Positions 1 through 8,902 of a DNA stretch of 64,000 nt are shown one piece after another (within the stretch, counting starts at the first letter, position 1; the number at the start of each line of letters is the position of its first letter). The notes beneath the pieces were generated by a model that worked only from the letters and a program-made list of their open reading frames with translations, did no database searches and was not told the origin of the DNA. Origin of the DNA: an uncultured Candidatus Binatia bacterium (GTDB lineage: Bacteria > Desulfobacterota > Binatia > UBA9968 > JAJDTQ01); contig OZ219754.1 in the NCBI GenBank assembly GCA_964291295.2, positions 736,001 to 800,000 on the forward strand, given 5' to 3'. The position numbers and the translations under genes are program-made.

Positions 1-1308
1 GCGGTCGTTGACGTCCGGGATCTTGATGTTCCCGGCTTCCGCTGCACTGTAGGATGGAAAAATGAGCTTTTTCCCCGGAGTTCGCATGAGTTGCAGCCGT
101 CCGGGCGTTGCGTTCAAGAATACCGATACCGCTTTTGCTTCCTGTGGGAACAGCCCGGTGACCGGCATCCAGCCGTTGCCGACGTACCGCTCGTCATCCG
201 CGGTAGCCGCGAGACGGGCGGTACTCGTGCTCTGTCCGGCGGTAATCAGCAAGTATCCTGCTTTTTTCAGGATTTGTTCCGTTTCGGCGAAGATGCCGCC
301 GTTACGTTCACCGGCCTCCTGGTCCCGTTTCTTTGGGATCCAGTACTCATCCGGGGCACTCCGTATGGCCCTTTGACCCTCTCCGCCCTTTGATTTGAGT
401 ATTGGCAACCCTCCCCCAGCGCCGTCTGCTGCCGGCTCGAAAGAGCCGCGCAGCAGACGGCCGGTCGCATGAACCGACCGGCCAGCTGCCCCGAGGGGAT
501 GCAAATCCGGATGGTTGGCGTATGTGTTGGCTGCTTCCGCCAGTTCGGGAGAACGCCAGACGGCCGGAGTCCAGTCGCCGGCCTTGATCCGCTCCTCCGG
601 CCATTGGGAGATGCAGCCCCATCCATTTGGGATCGGCCCCAAGCCGCAACCAGTCAGGCATTGGTGCAAGTCTGCTACCTCGGCTTCGTCAACGGGGAGC
701 CTGTCCAGATTGATGAACCGTGTGGGTGGCCTGGGGCCGCTGTGTCGCTTGGCTACGATGATGCTTTCGTTGATGCTGGTGTTCTGGCTCAGGTTGATAT
801 TTCCCGGCTGATGGCAGGTCAGCACAGTGTGTATGTGGAACCGTTGAGCGAGGATCCGGCGTTCCTTCTGACCTGCGGTACTTGACAGGGCGATGGTGGG
901 GTTGATCATCGTGATGATGCCGCCGGGGCGTCTTGTCATGTGTTCCGCCAGAGCAACGAAAAGCGGGCTTATGGAATTCTTGTTGCCAAGGTCTGCCAGC
1001 GGATCGTCATGGGGCATCATCCGCTCCATGGAATCGACCCGCGACCTCAGTGCTTTCTGGATTTTCTCGGAGAACTTCTCGCCCATCCTGGCCCGGTTGG
1101 TAAAGGGCGGGTTCATGATGACGATGCGGACGTTCTTAACCGCATCAATGGCGTCTTCCAGCTCGGCGTCGACGGTTTGCCATATGCTCTGCGATTCGAT
1201 GGGCGGCTCGTCGGACAAACCCAGTTGGTCACTTCTGGGAACTATCGCCTCCTGCCTCAGGAGTTCCAGAGTTCCCGCAAAGACATGGGCCGGGTTGCCG
1301 GATCGTGG
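1..1308 (-). CDS. C-terminal part of a Type ISP-like restriction-modification enzyme (N6-adenine MTase catalytic region and probable target-recognition region); out of frame with the 5' part and running off the window edge
   Basis: Manual translation after the G19 tract reads ...SGNPAHVFAGTLELLRQEA...VRIVIMNPPFTNRARMG..., with the NPPF motif IV near 1102-1113. No stop was seen down to base 1. Confidence 0.8.
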
Positions 1309-4300
1309 GGGGGGGGGGGGGGGGGACAGACCGGGGACCATAGGGCATCAGGTGCAGACCCATTCGGCGGTAGCTGATCTCGTGGTTGCCCGCGGTCAAC
1401 TGAGCTGCCGCCAGTTGCAGTGAGACGGGGTTGATGTCCAACCCCTTGATGGTCTGTTCTACCGCCAGCTTTTGCAGGCCGGTTATCTGGCTTTCACCGG
1501 CACCCTGCTCCCGGGCCCGGCGTTTCATGTCGGCCAGTATCGCTGTCAGCAGAGTTCCGCTTCCGCAAGCCAAGTCGATGGTCTTGTGGTCTTCCCAAGT
1601 CTCGGGGTTGGTCCAGTCCTGTTCGCCGCAAGCGTCCAGGGTGAGGCGGGACGCAATGGATGCAGCCACCGGCCTGGTGAAGAAAGCCCCGTCGCTGGCC
1701 TGGTTGCCCATGACGCGATTGAAAAGCGGGCCGGCATGGTCCGCACCCATGTCGGCATAGGTTTCGGCGATACGTTCCGCTTCTGCCGTGAGGTGACGCA
1801 GCGTGCGTTCCAAGCCGATCAGCTTGCCGGTGTCTTCGATGGTTTCGATGACCTTGACTGCCGGCTCCAGCACCGGACGAAAATCGTGGCGCATGATCTG
1901 GTTCCATTCCCTGCTGATCCGCCGCACCACGTTGACATCGTTCTTGATCGTCTCCAGGTCGCTGACGTCGGAGAGCCAGCTGCCGTTGGCGATACGCTGG
2001 TGCAGCATGGCAGCGTTCATCATCATCAGGGCGGCGATGGTGCAGCCATCGGCTTGGCTCTTGCGCTTGTCTTCCTTCAAATTGTCCAGGCCGAAATGCC
2101 GATCCAGGGCGGGCTGCAAATCGTCCATCTTCAACTGATGGGCCGCCTCCTGGATGCTGGATTCCAGGATATTCAGATCCCGGACAATCCGGTTGCTGAC
2201 CAATCCGGACTTGGACAAAAGGTTCATCTTGATGGCGTTGCAATGCTCTTCCAGTCCGCTCAGCGACAACAATCGCCCGGCGTAGCGCTCGCCCTTGAGG
2301 GTTCGGCGAGCCTTGATGCGGATTCCAGCGCCCTCGTTGATCATTTTCCTGGCTTTGACCTTGGACTCCTTGATGTCCACCGCGCCCCGGGGTTCAGCCG
2401 GCTTCGGCTTGGTTCGGACGACGGTGGCCCCACGCACCTCTATGCTGCCGTCCTCGTTCTTTTTGCCGGTGATGATCTGCGCAGGCTCGAAAATCGGAGG
2501 CGGCTCCCTGACTGTTACATTTTCGGGTTCATCGTACTCGGACGGGCTTTCCGCACAGATGGTGGGCTGATCCCCATACTGTGGCTTGTTCCCGTTCCCG
2601 TATTCCGAGATCGGATAAAACTTCTTCTCGAAAAGGCTCTTTCCATTCAATACTTGCGTCACGGCTCCCTCGGCTCCCCCTGGCTGGCCCTTGTGTCCTC
2701 CGTACCGAATCCGTTTGTCCTCGCCGCTGGCAATGGCTACCAGAGTCTCCTGCACTTCCGGTGCCTTGGGCAGGTACAGCGTCAGGAGACTCTCCAGTTT
2801 GTCTTCGATCCGCTGGTCGTGGGCCCGCAGAGCCAAAAGGATCTGTCCCAGTTCCTTCCATCCCTCGTCCATGTTGCTGGTGCTCAGCCACTCCTCCGGG
2901 TCGGTATTCGGTGGAATCAGGATGGGGCAGATGATGTAGCCCATCTTTTTGTCCGGGGCGGTGCGCATGACCCGCCCGACGGCTTGAATTACGTCCAAGG
3001 GGCTCTTGCGAGGTTCCAGGAAGGCCACCGCATTCAATGATGGCGAGTCGGTGCCTTCGCCGAATATGCCTACGTTGATGACACCGTGGGGTTTCTCTTC
3101 GTTGGCTTCGGCCAGGCGGCGCTTGGCGTTGTCCCGGGCATTCACGTTGCTGGTGGCATCCAGATGTTCCAGGGTGTAATCAGCAGGGAACTGCCCCTCC
3201 CGATTGTTGCGCAGCCATTTAGCGAGATACTCCCTTGCGGGAGCGGACTGGAGCGCCTCGGCCATGATTTTGGACTTGTCCACCCGGTTCATGAAGGCAA
3301 TGCAGGACTCTATCGGCACACTGCCGCTGCCGTGACCCTGTGTGGCTCCGCCCATGGCCAGGACAAAGGCGGCCCCTCTCAAACCGTCGACCGCAGTCAA
3401 GGGCTTGCGACCCTTGCTGTCGGGGTTGTCGGCCAGCTGGTCGGCCAGTTTGTAGGAATCAGGGTCGTTGATGCCCAAGGCGATGATGCGGTAATCGGCC
3501 AGCCAGCCGTTCCGGACCGCCTCGACATAGCTCTTCCGATAAAGTTCGACGCCGAATGTAGTTTCATCATCCATGCTGCGGACAATCCAGTCGCTGTCTT
3601 GCTCCCGAGTGACCTTGCTGGTGTCGTAGATGCGAGGCGTCGCGGTCTGATAAACGCGGTAGATCGCTGGAAAGGCCTTGCTGTCATGGCAGAGAGTGAA
3701 ATCGCGAACCCGCTTCTCCTTCTCAGTCAAGGGGTTATGTCCGGCATTCCGCTTCCGACGCAGCCCGGCCGTGCGGTGCGCCTCATCGGCAATGAGCACC
3801 CGCGGGACGGCTCCGGCACAGCGCAGCGCCTCGGCGACACGGTGTCCGCTCTGGTAGGTTCCGAAGATGACGTTGATCCGGTGAGTGTTGCAGCCTTCCC
3901 GGATCCAGTCGGCTATTTCTTCCGGGCTGGTGGTCACCTTCCCCTTCAATTCGCTCGCGCTGACGTTGCTGTTATCAAGGGTGGGGTCATCAGCAGTGTT
4001 TCTGAAACCTTCCTTCGTGGGGTCGTAGCCGGCGGTTTCGTCTGAGCATACGGCCAGCGCCCGGAGCGGATTTTCCGCATACTGGAGATATTCCCGCCGT
4101 ATCTGGGCTACCAGCGCAATGGAGGGGCAGAGGACGATGGAAAGCTGTCCGGGTGCGGTGAGTTCTTCGACAATCCGCAGGGAGATTCGGGTCTTGCCGG
4201 TACCGCAGGGCAGGATGATCTTCCCCCGAGCCTCTCCTGCCGACTGGCCGCCCCTGCACGACGCTTCATGTTCCCTGAGTATTTGCACGCTTTGGGCGAT

Positions 4301-4876
4301 GGCTTCCCGTTGCATGCAGGTTTTGGTTTGCCGACGTTCTTCGTCAGCCGAGTCGAGATCGCAGTGGGGACAGTCTTCGTCGCCGGGGTTTTGCCGCTGC
4401 TGTTGCAGGTCAGCGGTGATGTTGACGATCTTGACCGGATTGTCGGTCATGGACCAGGCATTCTTGATATTGTCGCTGACCTGATTGTTTCCATTGGTAA
4501 TCAGCCAGCGTTCGGCCCAGAACGGGCCTGCGGAGGTGCTGGTGAATTTGTCGACTTCGCTCTTGTTGATCGGGTCGCCCTTTCCGCTGTCGTCAAGCTG
4601 CCGGGCTTTGCACTGGATGGCGATATGGGCGCCGTCGCTGCCGCGCCGCGCAACGGCGTCTATGCCAATGTCCTGCCTGGTGCTGTTCGGGAATCGAGAT
4701 TCCCGCTCCGGCCATTCGGACCAGCCCCAGCATTCCGAGATATCCCATTCTCTGATATGAGGTGCCGTCTCGACGGTCAACTCTTCCAACCACTTCCCGT
4801 CGGTATGTGTTAGGTTCAACTTGGCTGCGGTTCGGATAGCGGCTTCAATGATCTCTGGTGCGTTGGCGGATTGCAC
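1229..4876 (-). CDS. Type ISP-like restriction-modification enzyme, 5' part (Mrr-like nuclease + SF2 helicase + MTase motif I); frameshifted at a homopolymer
   Basis: Motifs: QDIGID...AIQCK (PD-(D/E)xK), PCGTGKT, DEAH, TATP, QAVGRVMR, FFTRP, DLACGSG. GTG start at 4876 follows a GGAGGGG RBS. Confidence 0.85.
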   Translation of the reverse strand: MQSANAPEIIEAAIRTAAKLNLTHTDGKWLEELTVETAPHIREWDISECWGWSEWPERESRFPNSTRQDIGIDAVARRGSDGAHIAIQCKARQLDDSGKGDPINKSEVDKFTSTSAGPFWAERWLITNGNNQVSDNIKNAWSMTDNPVKIVNITADLQQQRQNPGDEDCPHCDLDSADEERRQTKTCMQREAIAQSVQILREHEASCRGGQSAGEARGKIILPCGTGKTRISLRIVEELTAPGQLSIVLCPSIALVAQIRREYLQYAENPLRALAVCSDETAGYDPTKEGFRNTADDPTLDNSNVSASELKGKVTTSPEEIADWIREGCNTHRINVIFGTYQSGHRVAEALRCAGAVPRVLIADEAHRTAGLRRKRNAGHNPLTEKEKRVRDFTLCHDSKAFPAIYRVYQTATPRIYDTSKVTREQDSDWIVRSMDDETTFGVELYRKSYVEAVRNGWLADYRIIALGINDPDSYKLADQLADNPDSKGRKPLTAVDGLRGAAFVLAMGGATQGHGSGSVPIESCIAFMNRVDKSKIMAEALQSAPAREYLAKWLRNNREGQFPADYTLEHLDATSNVNARDNAKRRLAEANEEKPHGVINVGIFGEGTDSPSLNAVAFLEPRKSPLDVIQAVGRVMRTAPDKKMGYIICPILIPPNTDPEEWLSTSNMDEGWKELGQILLALRAHDQRIEDKLESLLTLYLPKAPEVQETLVAIASGEDKRIRYGGHKGQPGGAEGAVTQVLNGKSLFEKKFYPISEYGNGNKPQYGDQPTICAESPSEYDEPENVTVREPPPIFEPAQIITGKKNEDGSIEVRGATVVRTKPKPAEPRGAVDIKESKVKARKMINEGAGIRIKARRTLKGERYAGRLLSLSGLEEHCNAIKMNLLSKSGLVSNRIVRDLNILESSIQEAAHQLKMDDLQPALDRHFGLDNLKEDKRKSQADGCTIAALMMMNAAMLHQRIANGSWLSDVSDLETIKNDVNVVRRISREWNQIMRHDFRPVLEPAVKVIETIEDTGKLIGLERTLRHLTAEAERIAETYADMGADHAGPLFNRVMGNQASDGAFFTRPVAASIASRLTLDACGEQDWTNPETWEDHKTIDLACGSGTLLTAILADMKRRAREQGAGESQITGLQKLAVEQTIKGLDINPVSLQLAAAQLTAGNHEISYRRMGLHLMPYGPRSVPPPPPPTIRQPGPCLCGNSGTPEAGGDSSQK
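1307..1325. repeat. G19 homopolymer (C19 on the coding strand) inside the RM gene
   Basis: Counted directly. Removing one base joins the two reading frames. Confidence 0.95.
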
Positions 4877-4889
4877 ACTCCCCTCCAAA

Positions 4890-5009
4890 CTTCATGCTTG
4901 TGAGTTCCATGGTTGTCCAGGATGATGTGCAGGGTCCGGTCGCGCGGGAAGGCACGGTGGAGGCGCCGCAGGAACTTCAGGAACTCCTGATGCCGATACG
5001 GACCGATGA
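4890..5009 (-). mobile_element. IS630-family transposase fragment (120 bp, inverted copy of 6320-6439)
   Basis: Translates IGPYRHQEFLKFLRRLHRAFPRDRTLHIILDNHGTHKHE; about 7 mismatches to the other copy. Confidence 0.85.
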
Positions 5010-5074
5010 AGGCGCTTCGTCCAGGTACGACCGACCCCGACCGTACAGCAGCCGGCCCGCTGGCGGCTACGGTC

Positions 5075-6124
5075 TCAGCGCCCGGGCGTGGCGGCCAGCA
5101 CCTCGTCGAGGCTCGTTGCCACCAGCACGGCCTCCGCCCAAGCCTCCAGTTCGGAGGCCGACGCACGGCGAACCCGCTCGCCCACCGCATCCGGCACATC
5201 ACCGAAGCGCAACGCCAGTTGACGAAGAAGAAGTTCCGCCAAGGCCTGTATCCGGCCTCGTTCGATTCCCTTCTCCATTCCCTCGGCCCTTCCTTCAGCC
5301 CTTCCCTCGGCTCTTCCCTCAGCTCTTCCCTTTTCGATTCCCTTTTCGATTCCCTTTTCGATTCCCTGTTCGATCCAGGCTTGCGCGACTGTGCCCATCA
5401 GTGCCTCCCAACGGTCCGGCTTTGTCCGGCGCAGCGACGCCTCCAGCAATGGCGGCGTCAGGTTCATGCACTCGGCCATGTAACGCACAATATGACGCTC
5501 GAACGCGCTCCCTGCAACCGGCCCGCCCGTCATCTGGTCCAGAAGATCCGTCGGTATGTCCTCGGCATATACCACCTTGAGTGCCAGAAGCCCGGCCCGC
5601 ACTTCGGGCGAGACCGACAACCGCCCTGACGCAATCTCGCCAAGGTCATGCAGCACATAGGCGAACTCCCTGACGAAAGGCTCCAACTCCCCGGGCGCGT
5701 CGATCATCCCCGGCACCGAGGGCGCCGCGGTCCAGCGGCCCCGACCGTGGTAGAAAACCAGCGGAATGATCGCCGGCAGCCGGTCCCCGCCAGCGCCATT
5801 CTCGACCTCGCGGCGCCAGATGTTGACCATGTATTTCAGGAGTTGGAGCGGCGTGTCCGCGTCGACGCGGCTCTTGTGTTCGAGCAGCACATAGAGCCGC
5901 GCATCGTGGCCGCTCCTCAGTCTCACCCGGAACAGCGCATCGCACTGGGTCCGCGCGGCGTCCTCGTCCACGAAGTGGCCATCCACCGCCTCGGGCGGGG
6001 CCTCGGGGTCGAGGAGAGCGGCGACTTCTTGCGGCAGGTATTGCGCCAGCAGCGCGGCGGCGCGGGCCGGCTCGGAGACCAGTGCCCGGAACAGCGCATC
6101 GTGCGGCGTCGTCGGAAGGCTCAC
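5075..6124 (-). CDS. Rpn/YhgA-like PD-(D/E)xK nuclease with DUF4351-like C-terminus
   Basis: PHDALFR, CDALFRV, YVLLEHKS, LPAIIPLVFYHG, EKG/EGR repeats, LLRQLALRFG tail. Probable GTG start at 6124. Confidence 0.9.
   Translation of the reverse strand: MSLPTTPHDALFRALVSEPARAAALLAQYLPQEVAALLDPEAPPEAVDGHFVDEDAARTQCDALFRVRLRSGHDARLYVLLEHKSRVDADTPLQLLKYMVNIWRREVENGAGGDRLPAIIPLVFYHGRGRWTAAPSVPGMIDAPGELEPFVREFAYVLHDLGEIASGRLSVSPEVRAGLLALKVVYAEDIPTDLLDQMTGGPVAGSAFERHIVRYMAECMNLTPPLLEASLRRTKPDRWEALMGTVAQAWIEQGIEKGIEKGIEKGRAEGRAEGRAEGRAEGMEKGIERGRIQALAELLLRQLALRFGDVPDAVGERVRRASASELEAWAEAVLVATSLDEVLAATPGR
5256..5375 (-). repeat. 12-bp coding tandem repeats (IEKG x3, RAEG x4 and variants) in the Rpn C-terminus
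   Basis: TTCCCTTTTCGA and TTCCCTCGGCTC-type units visible on the + strand. Confidence 0.85.
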
Positions 6125-6273
6125 CGGGCAGGTTCCCCGGCGTCTTCGGGAGGTTTCCGACGGACATCCCGCTCGCGGGCCGGAAGAAGAAGGGCGTTGG
6201 ACATGGCGGCACCCGACGCCGGATAACATCGGCTCCGCAACGGCTGGCGCCTGCCCCGGGGATAGGCCGGAGC

Positions 6274-6713
6274 CGTCATGAGACGTTGTTCGCCGCCTTG
6301 GACGTGCTCACGGGCAAGGTCATCGGTCCGTATCGGCATCAGTAGTTCCTGAAGTTCCTGCGGCGCCTCCACCGTGCCTTCCCGCGCGACCGGACCCCGC
6401 ACATCATTCTGGACAACTACGAAACCCACAAGCATGAAGCGGTGCGCGGGTGGCTGGCGCTCACCCGCGATTCCGGCTCCATTTCACCCCTACCCGTACC
6501 TCCTGGCTCAATCTCGTCGAAAGTTGGGTTGCCAAGCTGACTCGCCAACGTCTTCGCCACGGTGTCTTTCGCAGCGTCCCGAAACTGATTGCCGCCATCA
6601 AGCACTACTTGGCTTGCCACAGTACGAATCCCAAGCCTTTCGTCTGGACCACCCCGTCAATGCCATCCTCCTAAAATCTCAAAATGCAAGGCCATTCATG
6701 AGACGTACTGCTA
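6274..6713 (+). pseudogene. IS630-family transposase remnant (3' half) with right end
   Basis: TLFAALDVLTGKVIG, HIILDNY, LHFTPTRTSWLNLVE, NPKPFVWT. In-frame TAG at 6343 and a frameshift near 6460. Ends at CTAG 6711-6714. Confidence 0.85.
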
Positions 6714-7001
6714 GTGGAGGGTCCTGTTGCGGTGACCCGGGAGGCGGGGGTTGCGTGTCCGGGTCTTCCGGAGTTCGAACATCAACACCCGCTTCTTGAG
6801 CGGGTCGAAACGGATTCTCAGGGTGCGGCCGCCGACCTCCACGTCGGCCTCGCCTTCCTCGCCCTGGTCCAGATTCTGAAGGGCGGAAACCACCGAGAGC
6901 CCCACCAGGGAGGCGTCCACCTCGGCCCATTTCTTGGTCACGTTCCTGGTCTCGCGGCCTCCGGTCACCGATTTCAGATGTCTCTTCGTCTCGCTCGCCA
7001 T
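6711..7001 (-). CDS. Hypothetical protein (96 aa), divergent from the repressor
   Basis: ATG preceded by GGAAAGGAAAG; GC-rich third codon positions; no recognisable family. Confidence 0.6.
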   Translation of the reverse strand: MASETKRHLKSVTGGRETRNVTKKWAEVDASLVGLSVVSALQNLDQGEEGEADVEVGGRTLRIRFDPLKKRVLMFELRKTRTRNPRLPGHRNRTLH

Positions 7002-7121
7002 TGCTTTCCTTTCCGGTCGTCAGGTGTCACGGCATGACAATGGTCACGGTACGGCGGTGAAGTCACGGCGGTCACGGCAACGCCTGACGACAAGTTGTGG
7101 ATTGAAGTCCGTTGAACACGG

Positions 7122-7181
7122 TTGATTATTTATCAATCGGATACTATGATGTCAAGACTTTTCTCATTTGAGAACTATAAT
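7122..7181. promoter_or_regulatory. Divergent promoter/operator region
   Basis: AT-rich. Palindrome TTGAT-N5-ATCAA at 7122-7136; TTGACA on the minus strand at 7150-7155; TATAAT on the plus strand at 7176-7181. Confidence 0.6.
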
Positions 7182-7188
7182 ATATCCG

Positions 7189-7824
7189 ATGCCGAGGACA
7201 AAAACAAGGCTTCCGAAGACCGCGCTCGCCCGCCGCATCACCCTGGCTCTGGGGGACCGGGACCCCAAGAAGGTCGCGGCCCGTGCGGGCATCTCCAGGA
7301 CCGCGGTCTACAACTACATGGCGGGCGACCGCGCACCCCGGTCCGCCATCCTCCATCGACTGGCCTCGGTGTGCGGGGTCTCGCTGGAGTGGCTGCTGGC
7401 CACCAGCGATCAGGTCCGCGACGTGTCGGGCCATGTGCCGGACGACCTTCCGGTGGTGGGGCGCGCGGGGGCGGGGCGCGGCGAGTTCTCGGAAGACGGC
7501 TTCCCCGTGGGCGAGGGGTGGAGCCGGGTATCGCGTCCCTACGACCTCAAGGATGCCAACGCCTTCGGCGTCGAGGTGCGCGGCGACTCCATGAGCCCGC
7601 GCTATGAGAACAAGGAGATCGTCGTCTGCTCGCCCGACAGGGAATGGCACTCCGGCGACTACTGCGTGGTCAAGACCGTGGACGGTGAATACCTCGTCAA
7701 GCGGGTCAAGCGGCAGGACAACCATCTGGTCCTCATCAGCATCGCGCACGGCCACGACCCCATCATCATGCCGCTTTCCGAGATCGCGGGGATCTACCGC
7801 ATCGTCTGGAAGAAGGAGCGGTAG
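7189..7824 (+). CDS. cI/LexA-like repressor (XRE HTH + S24 peptidase)
   Basis: HTH (VAARAGISRTAVYNY, GVSLEWL), AG cleavage site (GRAGAG), VRGDSM catalytic Ser, LVKR catalytic Lys. Confidence 0.9.
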   Translation: MPRTKTRLPKTALARRITLALGDRDPKKVAARAGISRTAVYNYMAGDRAPRSAILHRLASVCGVSLEWLLATSDQVRDVSGHVPDDLPVVGRAGAGRGEFSEDGFPVGEGWSRVSRPYDLKDANAFGVEVRGDSMSPRYENKEIVVCSPDREWHSGDYCVVKTVDGEYLVKRVKRQDNHLVLISIAHGHDPIIMPLSEIAGIYRIVWKKER

Positions 7825-7955
7825 GTTCCGGGAGCGGCAGGTTCCGCGGCGGCTTTCCGGGCGCGGTCGCGCGGCGCGGCCCGATCTGTTACTGTCCTGC
7901 GTCCGCAAGCGTCCTGTCCAAATTCCTGTCCACACCCCCGGAGAGAGGAAACCCC

Positions 7956-8834
7956 ATGGCAGACTACACCGAAATCCTTTACGAGAAGCGCGGCGCGGGC
8001 GGTCTGATCACGCTGAACCGACCACAGGTGATGAACGCCATCAGCCCCACGGTGCAGCGGGAGATGTCGGCAGCATTGGACGAGGCCGTGGCCGATCCCG
8101 AGATCCGCGCCATCATCATCACGGGAGCCGGGCGCGCCTTCTCCGCCGGCATGGACCAGGGCCCCAAGCCAGGACGGCGACGCGACCTCGCCTGGCCCTA
8201 CGGCGTCCCCGCGGGCCAGGCCGCGTCGGACTGGATCGATTCCTGGCGCGGCCGGGAGGGCAACGAGCTCCTGCGCCTGTGGGAGCTGGACAAGCCGGTC
8301 ATCGGCGCCATCAACGGCTGGGCCATGGGTGCCGGCTCGTGGCTGGCGCTGTGCACCCACATCACCATCGCGTCCGAACAGGCCGTCTTTGCTCAACCGG
8401 AAGTGCGCCACGGCTCCAACACGAGCTTCCTCTGGACCCTGCTCGCGGGGGTCAAGAACTCGCTGCGCTACGGCTTGGTGGGCGACCATATCGACGCCCG
8501 GGAAGCCCTGCGCATCGGCCTGGTCATCAAGGTGGTGCCGCACGACCGGTTGCTGGACGAGTGCTTCGAACTGGTGGAGCGCATCGCGCTGGTGCCGCCG
8601 GAGACCGTGAAGATCAACCTCGCCATCGCCACCCTGGGGATGGAGATGATGGGCCTGCGCGACGCCCTGATGCTGGACTCGCAACTCTCGGCACCAGCCC
8701 ACGTGATGTTGCGCGAGGAGTACCGCCGCCCGCTGAACGAGGCCCGGGAGAAGAACATTCGGGAGTACCTGCAACTGCGCGACGGCCCGTTCCAGCCCGA
8801 GCCCTTCGGACCGCGGTCGAAGCCCCGGGAGTAG
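7956..8834 (+). CDS. Enoyl-CoA hydratase/isomerase family protein
   Basis: ITLNRP, GRAFSAGMD, KPVIGAING, FAQPEV. Confidence 0.9.
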   Translation: MADYTEILYEKRGAGGLITLNRPQVMNAISPTVQREMSAALDEAVADPEIRAIIITGAGRAFSAGMDQGPKPGRRRDLAWPYGVPAGQAASDWIDSWRGREGNELLRLWELDKPVIGAINGWAMGAGSWLALCTHITIASEQAVFAQPEVRHGSNTSFLWTLLAGVKNSLRYGLVGDHIDAREALRIGLVIKVVPHDRLLDECFELVERIALVPPETVKINLAIATLGMEMMGLRDALMLDSQLSAPAHVMLREEYRRPLNEAREKNIREYLQLRDGPFQPEPFGPRSKPRE

Positions 8835-8902
8835 CGGCGCCCGCCGAAGCCCGGCGGCACCCGAAAACGAACATTCCGCGGAACAGTCCGCCAGGAGATC
8901 CC

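Noticed and set aside
5256-5375. CRISPR-like repeat array
   Set aside because: These are 12-bp in-frame coding repeats without spacers; no cas genes in the window.
6711-7824. Prophage immunity region
   Set aside because: No integrase, replication or structural phage genes nearby, and the divergent ORF has no obvious Cro HTH.
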